Assembly (NCBI GenBank): GCA_003971905.1
Contig: RSEE01000119.1
Coordinates: 1 to 64,000 of the forward strand
Direction of reading: 5' to 3'
Origin: Moniliella sp. 'wahieum'
Taxonomy: Eukaryota
Length of the DNA: 64,000 nucleotides
This document shows, one piece after another, positions 12,001 through 24,258 of the stretch. The translations under genes and the position numbers were made by a program. The notes below the pieces were generated by a model, which had not been told where the DNA came from, did not search any database, and worked only from the letters and a program-made list of their open reading frames with translations. How positions within the stretch are numbered: position 1 is the stretch's first letter; the number at the start of each line of letters is the position of its first letter.

Positions 12001-14196
12001 TGGTCTTGCTGGCGAGACAATCGAACGGTCGGATCGTCTGCCTGAGCGGACGGAACGAGCGGAACGATGGGACCGAACGGAGCGGGCCCGCTCCACCTTC
12101 GGCTTGGTCCTCGCGCTACCCTTCCACGCCGGGACGGGGTGCCCACAACGCCCCCTGCCGTCTCCCCGGCGCATCCCGACAGCCCCTCGGCTATGGTGGG
12201 CGAACGAGGAACGTTGGCCCCTCCGCTCGTCCCGGGGGCAGGAGAGATTTCGGAGGAAGTGTTGGCACAGTTGTGGCATTTTGGCAGGATCCTTTCCAGC
12301 ACGGTCGGTGGCATCGCGGTCCCAGGCGTTGTTTCTCAGGCGGCATCCAATCCACCACGACAGTTGCTAAGGGCCGCGCCGGTGTACCAGGTGGTCACTG
12401 CGAGTGGGATCAAAGACCGATTCTTGTTTGGTTCAACGATATGATTGTGCTAGCCAAACCGCTCGCGTCACCGATGGGAGTGTGCGGTGCTCGGCATGGC
12501 GGATCTGAGCTGGACGTTCAGCGTAAGGCTGTCCTCGATTTGCGAACGGTGCGGCTGTCGATACCCAAAGAAACCGGCCACGGAGAGTGGGCGCCCGCAT
12601 CCGTTAATGAAGTCGCTCGTCAGTCGCTTTGCGCGCATGCCGAGGGCGCACTGCAGGATGCTGTGATGCGCCGGATTGCCTCTATACTGCGCCGACATGC
12701 GAACTTCTAGCTCAGACACCCGACCTGGACAAGGATTGTGTTGACCTCCTACTTGTGTGACCCCCGGCATGCGGATGTGCTGGATGCCTACTTGCCTCTC
12801 AGCGGCTGATGGCGTCTCCGTGGAAAGCGCACTGCGGGCGCTCCTACTGGACATCCGGTTGCTTCGCGCTACCAGGAGATGGAGCGGCTTATGCGCGCTT
12901 CGCGAGCCGATGGGTCGAGGTCAAATGTCGCTCATCAACCCGGCTTCACAAGAGACATTGCTGCTATCTTGGTCCTGGCCATGTTCCTGAACGATGCGAT
13001 GCACGCGGCGAAATGGAGGGGTACGGGATGGCCTCCCGGGTACGTTAGGACGGGGACACTTATACCAACCTACGAAAGCTCCGATGCATTTGTCGCTCGT
13101 GTTCGGGCGCAGGATGGGGCCACGTGTTGGCCGATGCCACGATCCTTCGGATTTATGCATCGATCCACACCGAACCCCTGGCCATGGCCTTGTCCTCCAC
13201 CGAGCCTGCTCCCCCCATCTTTCTCGCCTCGCCTTTGCCCTCGATACTCGTCTACAACAGCCAAGTGCCCTGTCACGGTGTTCATCCCGCACGCGGACCG
13301 GGACTTTGCGATTCGGCTCTATGGCCACGACATCCGCTTTGATCCGCCCGTCCTGAGCTTTACGCATTCGGCCCCACTGCAGCTTTACGATGCAGTCGCG
13401 CACGTTGGGGCCCAAACAGGTAGTCTTGTACGGGCCGGGCGCAACAGTCGCTACTTCCGGCACCTACACTTCCGACCGCGTGCAGGCGCGTCGGATGCCC
13501 CACCTCCCGGATCCGTCCCACTGCCCCGCAGCGCCACCCTCAAGGTAGAAAGGGCGTTCATGCTACACACGTTCCTCCTCACCTCGTCTGAGGGCAGCGA
13601 AACGCGACGCTACCTTTTCAGCCTCGAGGACGACAACAAGCGCGACTTTGTCACGGACGTGGTGGGCACGAAAATTGAAGCTGCGCGGCGGGCCGGCGGA
13701 TCAGCGAGTCAATCGGCCGTGCAGACCATTGCAATGGAAACCTTGCGCGAGGCGCTGGTGACTGGGACGCGAAGCAAATGCTGTGTCGCTTCAACGCAGT
13801 GCTAGCGCCGGTTGCAACACTCACCTCGCCTGCACGCACCTTGTCCCGCACATCGTCGCGCACGCGTGCTCCGCTCGTGGGCCGAAACCGAGCGCCGTCC
13901 ACAGCTTCGCCCCACCCGCCATCTGCTTCTAACCGCGGGCCGATTTGGACGGCGCTCGAGAGCCTAACACGCCGCCTCGACGATCTGCCAGCGCGAGCGT
14001 TCGCCATCCTCTCCTACGCGCCGACTCGACGCGCGACCCGGACCGCTCCCAGGCAGAGGACAAGGCGCCTTCCGTCGCGGTGCCTGCCCCTGGCCCCACC
14101 CCCGCCGGCCCGCCGATCCTAACTGGAAACGAGATTGTGGCGCTGTGTCAGCAAAACTCCTTGTTGCCGTTGCTCCTCACCCACCTGGAAGGATGA
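9090..14196 (+). CDS. Large basidiomycete Sec7-like (ARF-GEF-like) protein with PH-like segments and a long disordered N-terminus
   Basis: Start MPPSSPPP..SHAIASLRRAASH; PH-like VYQVVTASGIKDRFLFWFNDMIVLAKP; Sec7-like GVSVESALRALLLDIRL..QEMERLMRAFASRW..LVLAMFLNDAMH; C-terminus LTGNEIVALCQQNSLLPLLL. GT..CTGAC..AG intron at ~10969-11018. Many frameshifts. Confidence 0.75.
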
Positions 14197-14919
14197 GTCC
14201 TGACCCTGGACAAGCCGGGCGCGGCCAGGGGTCAGGGGTGTGGTATTTGAGTAGTAATATGCTGCGCACGAGCAATGAACCCCGCTTCCCAGTCCGGCCC
14301 CGCCCTTGCGCTCACCTCCGCCTCCACCTCCGCCTCCGCCTCAGACAGGCGGCGGCAACCTGCATCGCGATATACATCCATTCTTCTCTGTTTGCCATGC
14401 ATCCTGGCCCATCATGTACCGCCTTGTGTCGAAACCTGCCGTGGGGCTGGATCGATGAGGGGGGGGTTGGAGCGTGTGTGAGAGAGCGAATGCAGTGCAC
14501 TCGTTGCGCCACGTTAGCAGCACTCGCGTCGATCGCTCCTTGACCATCGTTGGAATTGGGGGCCAATTGGTGAAGTGACACCTACAATTCATATTTTACC
14601 GCAACACACGTTTATGGGCACAATGAGGGGAGGATATGGCATGGGAGTTAGCAGCTGCAGAGTATGCGCTGCTCCGCTCCTCCGTGCGCAGTGGTTAGTA
14701 AAAGAACTTACCCTTCTTCCTTCAACCTTAGTTGCTCGCATCTCAGATTTCGCTAGCAGAGTACATAAGCACGGATGGAAGGGATAGCAGGAGAAAGCAT
14801 GGTGTTAGAACAGCTCAGCCAGCGCTACTAGTACTAATAGTCAGCGCGCTCAGCAGGTTCATCAACGTCAAGCTTCAAACTTCTGGCATCTTCGAACATC
14901 AACGTCGAGACAAAGGAGA

Positions 14920-15004
14920 GTTTTGTTTGTTTGTTTGTTTGTTTGTTTGTTTGTTGTTGTTTGTTTGTGTTTGTTTGTTCGTTCGTTTGTTTGCTTGTTT
15001 GTTT
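14920..15004 (+). repeat. (GTTT)n microsatellite
   Basis: About 20 imperfect GTTT units. Confidence 0.95.
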
Positions 15005-15029
15005 ATGTCTGCGCAGATATGTGAATGTT

Positions 15030-15090
15030 AGTGACTACAGTGATTAGTTGTGATTAGTAGTGACTAGTGACTAGAGTGACTAGAGTGACT
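15030..15090. repeat. TNA-palindrome array (TGA-CTAG type)
   Basis: AG TGA CTAG TGA CTAG AG TGA CTAG AG TGA CT. Confidence 0.75.
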
Positions 15091-17331
15091 CGTGGCAGGG
15101 GCTGAGGTGACGAAGTGACTATAGTATTCGAGTGAAGATTGAGCGTTGACATGTTTCCCGCGTACATGTGCATGGGAGCCACATACTCTCTACCTTCAAG
15201 CTTCACAGGGGAAGAAGGTTGGCCCGTGTGCGTTGAAAGTGTTACGCGCGTATAGCAAGAGAGAAGAGCGCAAACACAAATGCATAATGTACAGCACATT
15301 TTTATAAAGCTTTTGGCATGCCACAGTAGTAAGAAGACGATTACAATGTAGGAGGGGGAGAGAAGGGAGATTGTGCCAAGCAACGAAACAAGTTGGGCCG
15401 GTTGTACCCTGCTGCCAGTACTAGCACTGAGTAGTAGTATCGCGAAACGACGCATGGGTGTTCCTATGGCTTTCACCCGTTGTACAAGCCGAATTACATG
15501 CAAACGCCAATCTCCACCCTTGTGCACTTGCAACCACTAGTACACACTCACACGCACAGCACTAGTATCGTGACTCTAAACCTGTTACGCCATCAATGGC
15601 AGGGCTTTGAATAACCACCAGTAGCCATTGCGGCTACCCTATCCAATTGTTCGCATCAGCCTTCTTTCTACGAGACTCATTCAGCACCCCCCCCACCCCA
15701 CCCTTGCAACCTCGGCCTTTCGGCTCGATGCTGTAATAATGCCTATATATGTGCAGCGATAAAGAATCAACAGTCACAGATGCTTGTGTTTGCACGTGTA
15801 GAGCGGCATTTTATGCTGAAGTACACACGAAGTACCAACAGTGCCCGCAAATGTGTCGTCCGTCAATATGCGTCAGTCCATCTCCACATTCGTCAGAGAA
15901 TATGAGTTCTTTTGAAAGGACCAGGGGATCTCTTATTAGTTCTCACTTCTATACAATCGATGAGAGTCGGGGAACCACATCTATCCTTATCATTTTCGCT
16001 CTCTCCACATTCCAGGACCAAATAACGCTTTCTTCTCTTCTACATCATCATGATGAGTGCATTCTGAGTACTTACGCATCACCTCGTTATCGTCACCGTG
16101 TCGCCGCATTACCCGCTTCCACTCAGAACGGTAAACCATTCCCGCGCATATGAATTGGGAGAGACCGTCTTCTCCAGTTGTGCTTTTTATCATTAGTACT
16201 ATCGGCAATGTATCAAGTTCACGGCCAGATCTCAGATCTCAGACCGGAAAGACTCGCTAAAAAGTGTCACGTACGTCACACTGTACCTACTGCACTGTCG
16301 TTACCGCACCTGTACTGGATTGCCCATCCCGCTGGGTCCATCTCTTCACTGCAGAACAAAGCGCGATTATGCACATGTTGTGACGCCGGTGATCTGACTT
16401 CGGAAGATGCATCAGAGGGAGAATAAGGTTAACCTTTTCCGGTAACCGTCAACGTTACTGGATCACATGTGTCACATATCCAAACCCACTGTATACAAAC
16501 AGTCGGGGTCTCTATACTCTCTAGACACTAATAATCACTGCAGTCACTATAGTCACTCCTGTCGCTTGTCACATCGATTCCCTCTATCGCACAACCCATA
16601 TGGCGTTTGATAGCTACCAGTAGGCAGCAAGGATCGAGGTGGATTAAAGGTGACATTGTTGACGAGAAAGGGGCATGGCCAACGTCCCGTGGTACGACAA
16701 GCGCCAAGCCCCGGTATGGAAATCGGATCAAGAGAAGTCTCGAAGAATCTTCATCTTGAGGAATGAGATTAATGAGAGCAGAGGCGGACAAGGCGAGCAG
16801 TTATGAGATCCGAGATACAAACGACTACGCCTGTAGGGCGCTTGAAGCGGTATAGCTGTTGATACCGAGAGATATCATGCATTATGCATAGGCGAGAACC
16901 TTTGCGGACGAGACAACAGTCCACAGTCATACAAACGCGACGCCCAAGCCTATTTTGCGCTTGAAGCGGCCAAAGCGTTGCAGGATTCACTGAGCGCTGC
17001 GAAACGTCTCAGTGAGCGAACGGATCCGAGTGAGACCATGTGAGCACATATGCATACTGAAAAGAAGGAAACAGACGGGGTACATGGACGCGAAGCGGTT
17101 AGGAGAGAGAGCTGTTATTTCCGTGTAAGGAAGACGACGGCCGAGAGGCAAAAAAGCACGCAGGTTCCCGGGAAGAGATCCAGACCAGCGGGAAGGGGTA
17201 GGCGAGGTATAATGCCTGTTGTAGTGGGGTAGGATCGATAGACCATGATTAATATGAGCATATAGTAGTAGGGTGGGATCGAAAGACCAAGATTAATATG
17301 AGCGTATATAAGGTAAAAGTTGGGGGTGTGA

Positions 17332-18828
17332 TTAAAAAGACGGTTGTGTGTTGGGGGCGAAGAAAGCATAGTCGGGCGAGGGCCCTTGGCCCACGGCTCT
17401 TCGCTTGCGTGGTGAATAAGATCCAGCCGCTGGGTCGGCTGAGCCGGATGGAGGAAGATGGCCCATTTTGGGGGCGAGAATGGAAGTTGTCGCGTCAGCA
17501 CTGCCGGAGGGGTGGGTAAGCCACATGCTCGGGGCCGGCATAGGGAAAGGGGCGCTCGTAGCGGGGCGATGGTGGTGGGACGGAGCGGTTAGGGGCCTAG
17601 TGGGGTGCACAGGCCTCGTGCATCCGGGGTGTTCGTACGCAAAAATGGGAGGGTTGTGGGATTGGGGAGGCTGGGTGTGGGGGGCTCGAATGGGCGCATG
17701 GTCATTGGTTTGGAAGCGGGCTGGGAGCGAGGGAATGGCGATCGTCTGGGTCAAGTGAGTGCTTTCCAGAATCTGAACCAGGGAGGTGTGGAGGTGGAGT
17801 GCAAAGGACCTGAGACTGGTATTCTCGGCTTGCTGTGCAACTAAGGCATCCGAGAGAGCGTGATCTGAGTTTGGACATGAGCATAGGAGATGTTCACGCC
17901 GTTTTGCAGGTCACGCGTCGCTTCCGATCGCACACTTTCCACGTCCAACGTGCGCCGACGAATCGTGTCAAGCAGATCGGGACGGTCACGGAGAAAGTAA
18001 GCATGGCTAAACTCCCACTGCTGCGGCTGTCCCGCAGTACGCGCCGATCGATGGGACTTGTTGGTCTTGTAGAAGCCGTACCTGCCCGCCCATGAACTGT
18101 ATGTGAGTGGCGGGAATAGCAAGATCGGAACGAACGCAGGGGAGGGGGAGGGATGACGTACATGTTGAGTTGACGAACGAAAGAACTAAAGTTATTGTGC
18201 AGAAAGTGCTTGCCGAGCACTCTTGAGCAAAATGCTTCCACGTCAGATATAATAACGCTGGTGCCCCTGCGACTCCAAGCGATTGTATCCTGACACGCCG
18301 GATCCTCAACCATGCGGCGCAACTTGTATACAAACCTCATCTTGCGATCACCATCGGGTTTGCCAGGAGCGGCCTCATCCGGCAGTGCCGGGGGAGGAGC
18401 AAAATAGAAGTGGTCCTTGGGGAGACAGGGTCGGCCGGGCGGAGGATATGATGGGCACTGGGCTCACTCGAAGAGGCCCAGGTTGTCTGTGCTCCGTAAT
18501 AGTCAGCGAACATGTCGGATGGGCCAGTTGCCGGCTCCGGCGGGTCGACAGGCAAGTCCATGGTGGATATGGGGAAAATGGCAGTTTCGTCGGCAGGGGT
18601 GGTGGGCTCTTCGTCGGAGAGAGCTGTGACAGGAAGAATGGGGGACAACGACGGAGACTGGTAAGAGGAAACTGGGTCGGAGGAGATCGGGGGTGGTAGG
18701 GGCCACGAGGCAGGCTCCTTGGTGGTAGTGTGTAGGGTGGGGTTCTCTTCGGACTTGAACTCGAGCTTGGGTGCGGCGGGAGTGGGGACGGGGCGGAGAT
18801 GGTGGGGGGGGAGTTGGACGGCAAGCAT
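17332..18828 (-). CDS. HSF-type DNA-binding transcription factor
   Basis: FVYKLRRMVED..IAWSRRGTSVII..FCSRVLGKHFLHNNFSSFVRQLNMY|GFYK..WEFSHAYFLRDRPDLLDTIRRR. GT-AG intron 18161-18082 splits the M codon of NMYGF. Confidence 0.92.
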
Positions 18829-19059
18829 GGTGGGGAGATGATGGCGAAGAGGCAGGGGGATGATCGATGATTTAAGGATTAAACGGGGTTGCGGGGGGGG
18901 AGACGACGGATGGCGGATGACGGAATGGGAGCTTGCTATGCACTGCAGCTGTGGACAGGCTGGGCACGCCATTTATGATTGCAGGCGCTGTGTAATGCAT
19001 AATGGCGCGCTGGGGTGCTGTGGGGTGCTGGGGCAGAGGCGGCGGGACAAGCATGGGCA

Positions 19060-20510
19060 TCTGAGATCTGAGATGACCGAGAGTTGCCGAGTACAAGAGT
19101 TACTAGTTACTAGTTATGAGCGCTGAGTTCAGCCCTGAGTGGGGGCTGAGGCCTGTGAGTGTACTGAGTACTCAAGTATCGAGTATACCTGAGAGTGCGT
19201 TGCTGCCCTTACGTGGCACTGAGAACTCAGACTGAGTTCTGCACTCTGACAAGTGTGGGTTGTGAGTACTGTGAGGAACTGAGTGCACATGAGAACTGCA
19301 GGAGCTGAGTACTGTGGGGACTCAACTGAGTACACAGTGTACGGAGTCCATTTGTGAGATCCCAAGACGATTTTCGATGCGGGCGCTGATCGATCTGATG
19401 CAATGTCTGCGATTGCGGTTTGAGATCTGAGACGATCAATCTATCTCAGAACCCAGGGTGTCGATAATCGAGATAATCGATAATCGATACTAGCAGACGT
19501 TCAACGTTCAGCGGCGCCCGTATACTATGAGGATGTGTGTGTGATGGTGACAAGTGTAACCGGCGGGAAGTAACTAGTAACCGGCAACTGGGGTAACCCC
19601 CGTAACCGGTAACCTGTAACCAGTAACCACAGTACTAGTAACATGTACAAGTAATCGGTAAGGTAATCGCTAATCGATAACAGGCAAGACGAGTCAGCTA
19701 GTCAGACCGGTCAAGTCAGGTCTCAAGGGCCTCAGGCGTAACGCGTAACACGCTTGCACTTGGACGACCGTCGGTAACCGGTAAGCGGTTGTAGTGGCTT
19801 TAAGCGTGTAATAAATGCAGGCGAATGAGTTATAGCCACACCTGGATCACACTGATCATCAGTGACATGTGACATGAAATGTGACACTAGTGACATGTTA
19901 CACAAACAATTCGGGCTAACCGGGCTAACCGGTAACCGGTAAGGCCGGCAACTGTGGTAACATGAACAGGTAACCAGTAACCGGCAACCGGTAACCTGGA
20001 GTAACTAATCCGAGATCTGATCCAGTTTGTTCGGCACAGTACTCTGAGTCACGTGTGACATGTGACGTGGCGCATGGGACATGCAATGGAGGCTGTGGCA
20101 TGCGTCGGCGCAATCCGTGTCTTTGGCGTTGGAAGACCAGGAAGACATTGATTGGATTGGCTTGGGTTGCCGGCGGATATCGATGGTGCAGACGGGGGCA
20201 TGGTTTTGAAACTGGGAGGGGATGATCGATGATCGATGATCGATGGAAGGGGAACATTTGAAAAGATAACAGGATGCCCGACGACGTCGAGGCTAGATGA
20301 TCTCAATGACGCGTGACGAGTGACTCCACGGTCGATGATCGATGACTTGGGGACTGGCAGCGGAGGCCGATGGCGATTGGGATGTATGTAGTGACGATCT
20401 TATCTGCTGGTGTGTATGGATGGCCGTGGCAGGCAGCCGCGTGCAAGCACGTCCCCACTCGTGCACTGGGCGAGGGGCTGCGGACAGATGGCAACATTCA
20501 ACGTTCAACT
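19060..20510. repeat. Dense cluster of TNA-palindrome arrays in the divergent HSF/RGS intergenic region
   Basis: TGA-GATC, TTA-CTAG, TGA-GCGC, TAA-TCGA, TCA-ACGT, TAA-CCGG, TAA-CGCG, TGA-CATG and TGA-TCGA arrays in succession. Confidence 0.85.
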
Positions 20511-20875
20511 TGAAACGACGCAAAAACGGCGCCACACAACGCCGGGCGGACTGGGTGGGTGTGGAGCGGCGTGTGGAGCACACATGACCTTTCGCTCCCC
20601 CCGCCGCCGCCCAGGCCCAGTGCGGTGCGGCTGTCGTGTCCGGTTTGCTTTTGCTTTTGCTTGCTGCTCCGGTCTCCCGTGGGTGGGCTGCTTGGATGGA
20701 GCAGCTGGCAGTGGTCTGCCCCCTGGTTGCCCCAGTGCCATCCGCTGTCTCCCAACTGAGCGCTGCGTCGCTGCAGAGCCCAACCGTAGTTGCCCTCCGC
20801 CTCACCCCGCAGGCGGGACGAGACCAAGTCAGTGCACACCCGCTCCGCTCTGCGTCGGCCGGCCTGCGCGCTGCC

Positions 20876-22796
20876 ATGGCCACTGCCTTCTCCTCCGTTT
20901 CCGCCGAGCGGCACAACGAGACGCTGCGGACGTCCCCAACAACCGGCGCGCTCTTTTGTGCCGTACGTCTGCTCCTGCCCCCCCCCCCCACCCCATCCGA
21001 GGCGGGGCAGCCATCGGCCATCGGCCGTTGCTCTCCCACCCCGCCACAGCGCTTCCCACGTACCGTACTGACCAGGCACGCAGAATCTGTACGAGCTCTT
21101 CTCGACGCTGGCCGTGTCGTTGGACCTGCGCACGCACAAGCGCGCCTTCCGCTCCTACCCCTGCTCCTTCACCCGGACGAAGCGCTGGCGAATCTGGCGT
21201 CGCTACAGCTGTGCCGCTCTGAGCGTCGGCCCCAGCCCGGCAGCCCCACCCGCACCGAGATCGTAACGATGACCAAAACATTTTGCTTGGCGCGTCCGGT
21301 CAGTCTCCAGCTGCTGCAGACCTTCTTGGAAGCCCACTTGATCCGCAGCGCCGCCGACGCCTCTGACCATGGCCCCATCCAGGAGGGGCGCGGGATCTAC
21401 CTCATCTCGTCGAAAGGTGTTGCTGTCATCCAGCGCTTCATTGCCCAAAACGGGATTGGCGCCGAACGACTGGCGGCGCTGTTTGATTCCCGCGAGACGG
21501 TGGAGCTTAGCTTTCTTTTTCGGAAAGAGGCTGACGATGGGTTGCGTCCCAGCCATACCGAGCTACTTGCGCTGTTCAAACGCTTTGCGGCCCCCAACAG
21601 GCCAAATCGCCGAGCCCGCCTCACCACCCCCACCGACGCTCGGATGGGGAGGGGTGTGCGAAGGCGAAATGTGGAGGCGAGTTTGGGAGAAGAGGTGGTG
21701 GCGTTTGATGACTGTTTTTCCGGCTGGGATGCGACCAGCTGGATCTTGAGTCATTCCACTGCCAATTCCCTCTTTGAGGCTTGCCAACTGTGTGCGCAGT
21801 TCTGCCAGATCGGGTTAATGGCGGCTTGCTTGGATGATCGTGAGGAGCCAGGCGGTGAGCATACCATTCAGACCGTCCTGCCCGGGGGCGAGACATTCTT
21901 AACCACCTTCCTTAACCATCCCAGCGCTTACTACCAATTCACCGCCCAGGGTGCACGCGAAGCCAATTCGACCTCTTCCTACGACGCGCTGGTGTCCAAG
22001 GAGGCGCACATGCAGGAATCGCACCACAAACAGCTCCAACAGATCTTGGACGACCCTGCTCGCCTCCCCCTCTTCCGTGACTTTCTTCGCACTCAATTGG
22101 CCGAGGAAAACTTGTGTTTCTGGCTGGACGTTGAGCATCTGCGAAAGCGGTACCACACCATCTCCTCCGCCACCGCTGGTAAGGCAGAGGAAAAGTCGAC
22201 GATGCATCACAGAGGTGGTTCCGGGGACTTTGGGCACACCCAAACGGTCTCCAAATCCTCCTTTGACTCTCGCGACGCTAGCTCGTCCAACCATTCCTCT
22301 CACTCGGATGCCGCCACTCAAGTGCAGCTGCACCACCACAACTGTCCGCCGAGGCGCTCGAGATTTACGCCAAGTACATCCCAAAGACTGCGTTGCAAGA
22401 GATCAACATGGCCTCGCACCTGCGTCAAAAGATGGTCCTATTTATCCAGTCCATCCCAAGTGTCAGCTCGGCCGGGGTGGGAGCGGAGGCAGCGCCGCCT
22501 CCGGCTCAGGGGCTCGAACGAAAAAGCAGTATGCGAGTGCGCCTGCGCGCCGCCAGTCCTGTCTCTCTCCGCCGGCTCCTTCCCCCGTTCCAGGTCCTGC
22601 CCTCAGCCCTGTACCCGCGTTGTCCCCGAGCCAACTGTGCACGATGGTACGTATTCTCTCTGAGATCCAAGAGGCAATCCGAACGGTCATGGCAACGGAT
22701 TTGGTGCCCCGGTTCTTGGAATCTTTCCCGCTCAGCTTGTCCACCCCTTCGGTATCTTGTCGCTCCCCCACTCCTTCTACATCGCTGTCGCAATGA
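20876..22796 (+). CDS. Regulator of G-protein signalling, FlbA/Sst2 family (DEP + RGS domains)
   Basis: ELFSTLAVSLDLRTHKRAFRSYPCSFT.DEALANL (FlbA N-terminus), DEP-like DCFSGWDATSWI, RGS LQQILDDP..FRDFLRTQLAEENLCFWLDV..MATDLVPRF. Intron ~20963-21075. Confidence 0.9.
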
Positions 22797-22949
22797 CCGA
22801 ATTCCCTTCCCACTACTACATGCCTCGTCTCGGGTTTCCATGCCAGGGGGGCAAAGTTCCTCACTAGTCTCAATAGCCCGCGGTATTTCCGTTTGTTTGA
22901 GCTCGGCTGGGCGAGATGGCAGGAAACAAGGAAAGGAAAGGGGAGGAAA

Positions 22950-22981
22950 GGAATGGATGGAATGGAATGGAATGGAATGGG
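22950..22981 (+). repeat. (GGAAT)n pentanucleotide repeat
   Basis: ggaatggatggaatggaatggaatggaatgg between the convergent RGS and TAF10 3' ends. Confidence 0.8.
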
Positions 22982-23000
22982 GAACATGGGGTTGGAAGTG

Positions 23001-23371
23001 CTAACGGAAGAACTCGGCACGACGAGCATTGACCCCCCATTCCGACAGGGCGGCACTCAAGTCGTCCATAGTGAGTACGGTGCGGGTCCGATCGCGAGCG
23101 TTGGCCTGGGTCTTGGGCCGCGCGCCTGGGCCGGCATTGGAGCGGATGCGAGCATAGTGGAACGCATCCGCCGCAATGTCCGACACGAACTTTTCTGCGG
23201 CGAGGGAGATGAGGCGCTTGAGACGCAAGTCGTCGCACTCGAACCCGGCGCGCTCGAGGTAAAAGTCGGTGACTTCGTCGGGGATGAGCGGGATGTAGTC
23301 GTCCAAGGTGGCACCAGCTCGGCCACCGACCGGTTCTTGCGTGCCTCTTCTTCCGCCCGCTGAGCAAACAA
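23001..23371 (-). CDS. TAF10: TFIID/SAGA subunit TAF10 (apparently the C-terminal part of a fusion with the upstream CBS-like ORF)
   Basis: LDDYIPLIPDEVTDFYLERAGFECDDLRLKRLISLAAEKFVSDIAADAFHYARIR..VLTMDDLSAALSEWGVNARRAEFF. Confidence 0.93.
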
Positions 23372-23399
23372 CGGTTTTCACCTTCCTCCAAAACCGAAT

Positions 23400-23972
23400 T
23401 GCCTCCCCCACTGCGCCGTTCCACCCACTTGGCCAGGTCCTCGCGCGTCACCACACCCAGCACAAACGCCCGCCCGGCATCGGTGACAAAGGCAAATGGC
23501 TGGGTCTTGAGGAAAGCTACCCAGTCACGCAAGGTCAGCACCTCCTACCCGGGGAGCATCAAGCTGTGCACACGTACCTTCCAAGTCGGCCAGGTCAGTC
23601 TGCGGGGGATGATGTGGTACGTCTTGCCGGCGGAGGGCGCGTGGAACTTGATCATGGCCTCGTCGACGCGGTCGGTGGGCTGGGAGAGGCCGGAGCGCAG
23701 ACGCTGCTGCAACTTGGCCACATCCACGTACCCGAGCAACTTGCGTTCCTTGGACAGAGCGGCAGCTGGCTGTAGTCGTGGTCGTGCGCCACGACCAACG
23801 CACGGTCAATCGTCGCGTCGCGGAACACACACACCGCCGGGCCAGGCTGCATGTCCTCCACCACCGCCCCACGGTACTTGGCCGCCACATCGGGCGACGC
23901 CGACGCCGGCAGCGGCACAGCCTGCACGCCTTGCGGGCCGCTGATCGGACCAGCAACAGCTCCACTTGACAT
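23400..23972 (-). CDS. Fungal CBS-domain-like protein region (no stop before TAF10)
   Basis: KYRGAVVEDMQPGPAV..AHDHDYSQLP..LLGYVDV..DLADLE|AFL..FAFVTDAGRAFVLGVVTREDLAKWVERR. Intron 23577-23517. Confidence 0.8.
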
Positions 23973-24258
23973 GGCCAGGGGGTTCAATGACCGTGGCCGC
24001 GCAGACGCAGCGCCGGCGACGGCCGCGGCCAGGCGTTCGCCACCCGCAGCGGAGTTGCCCATTCCGCCCGGGGGCGTCGATCACCGATCATCGATCATCA
24101 ATCATCGCCCGTCCTACAAAACGCAGGGCAAGGGCAGGAGCCAGTCAGGCCTCACGCCCCGATTAGGTCATCCTGACGTCATGCACCGCCGCTTAGCTGG
24201 GCTGGCGCAGAGGTAATGTTTAACCGGAAGGGGGGGGCGGCGCCAACGCACAGGCCAA

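Noticed and set aside
19060..20510. CRISPR array or MITE interpretation of the repeat clusters
   Set aside because: There are no constant 25-45 bp repeats with unique spacers, no terminal inverted repeats bounding a shared internal sequence, and the context is eukaryotic.
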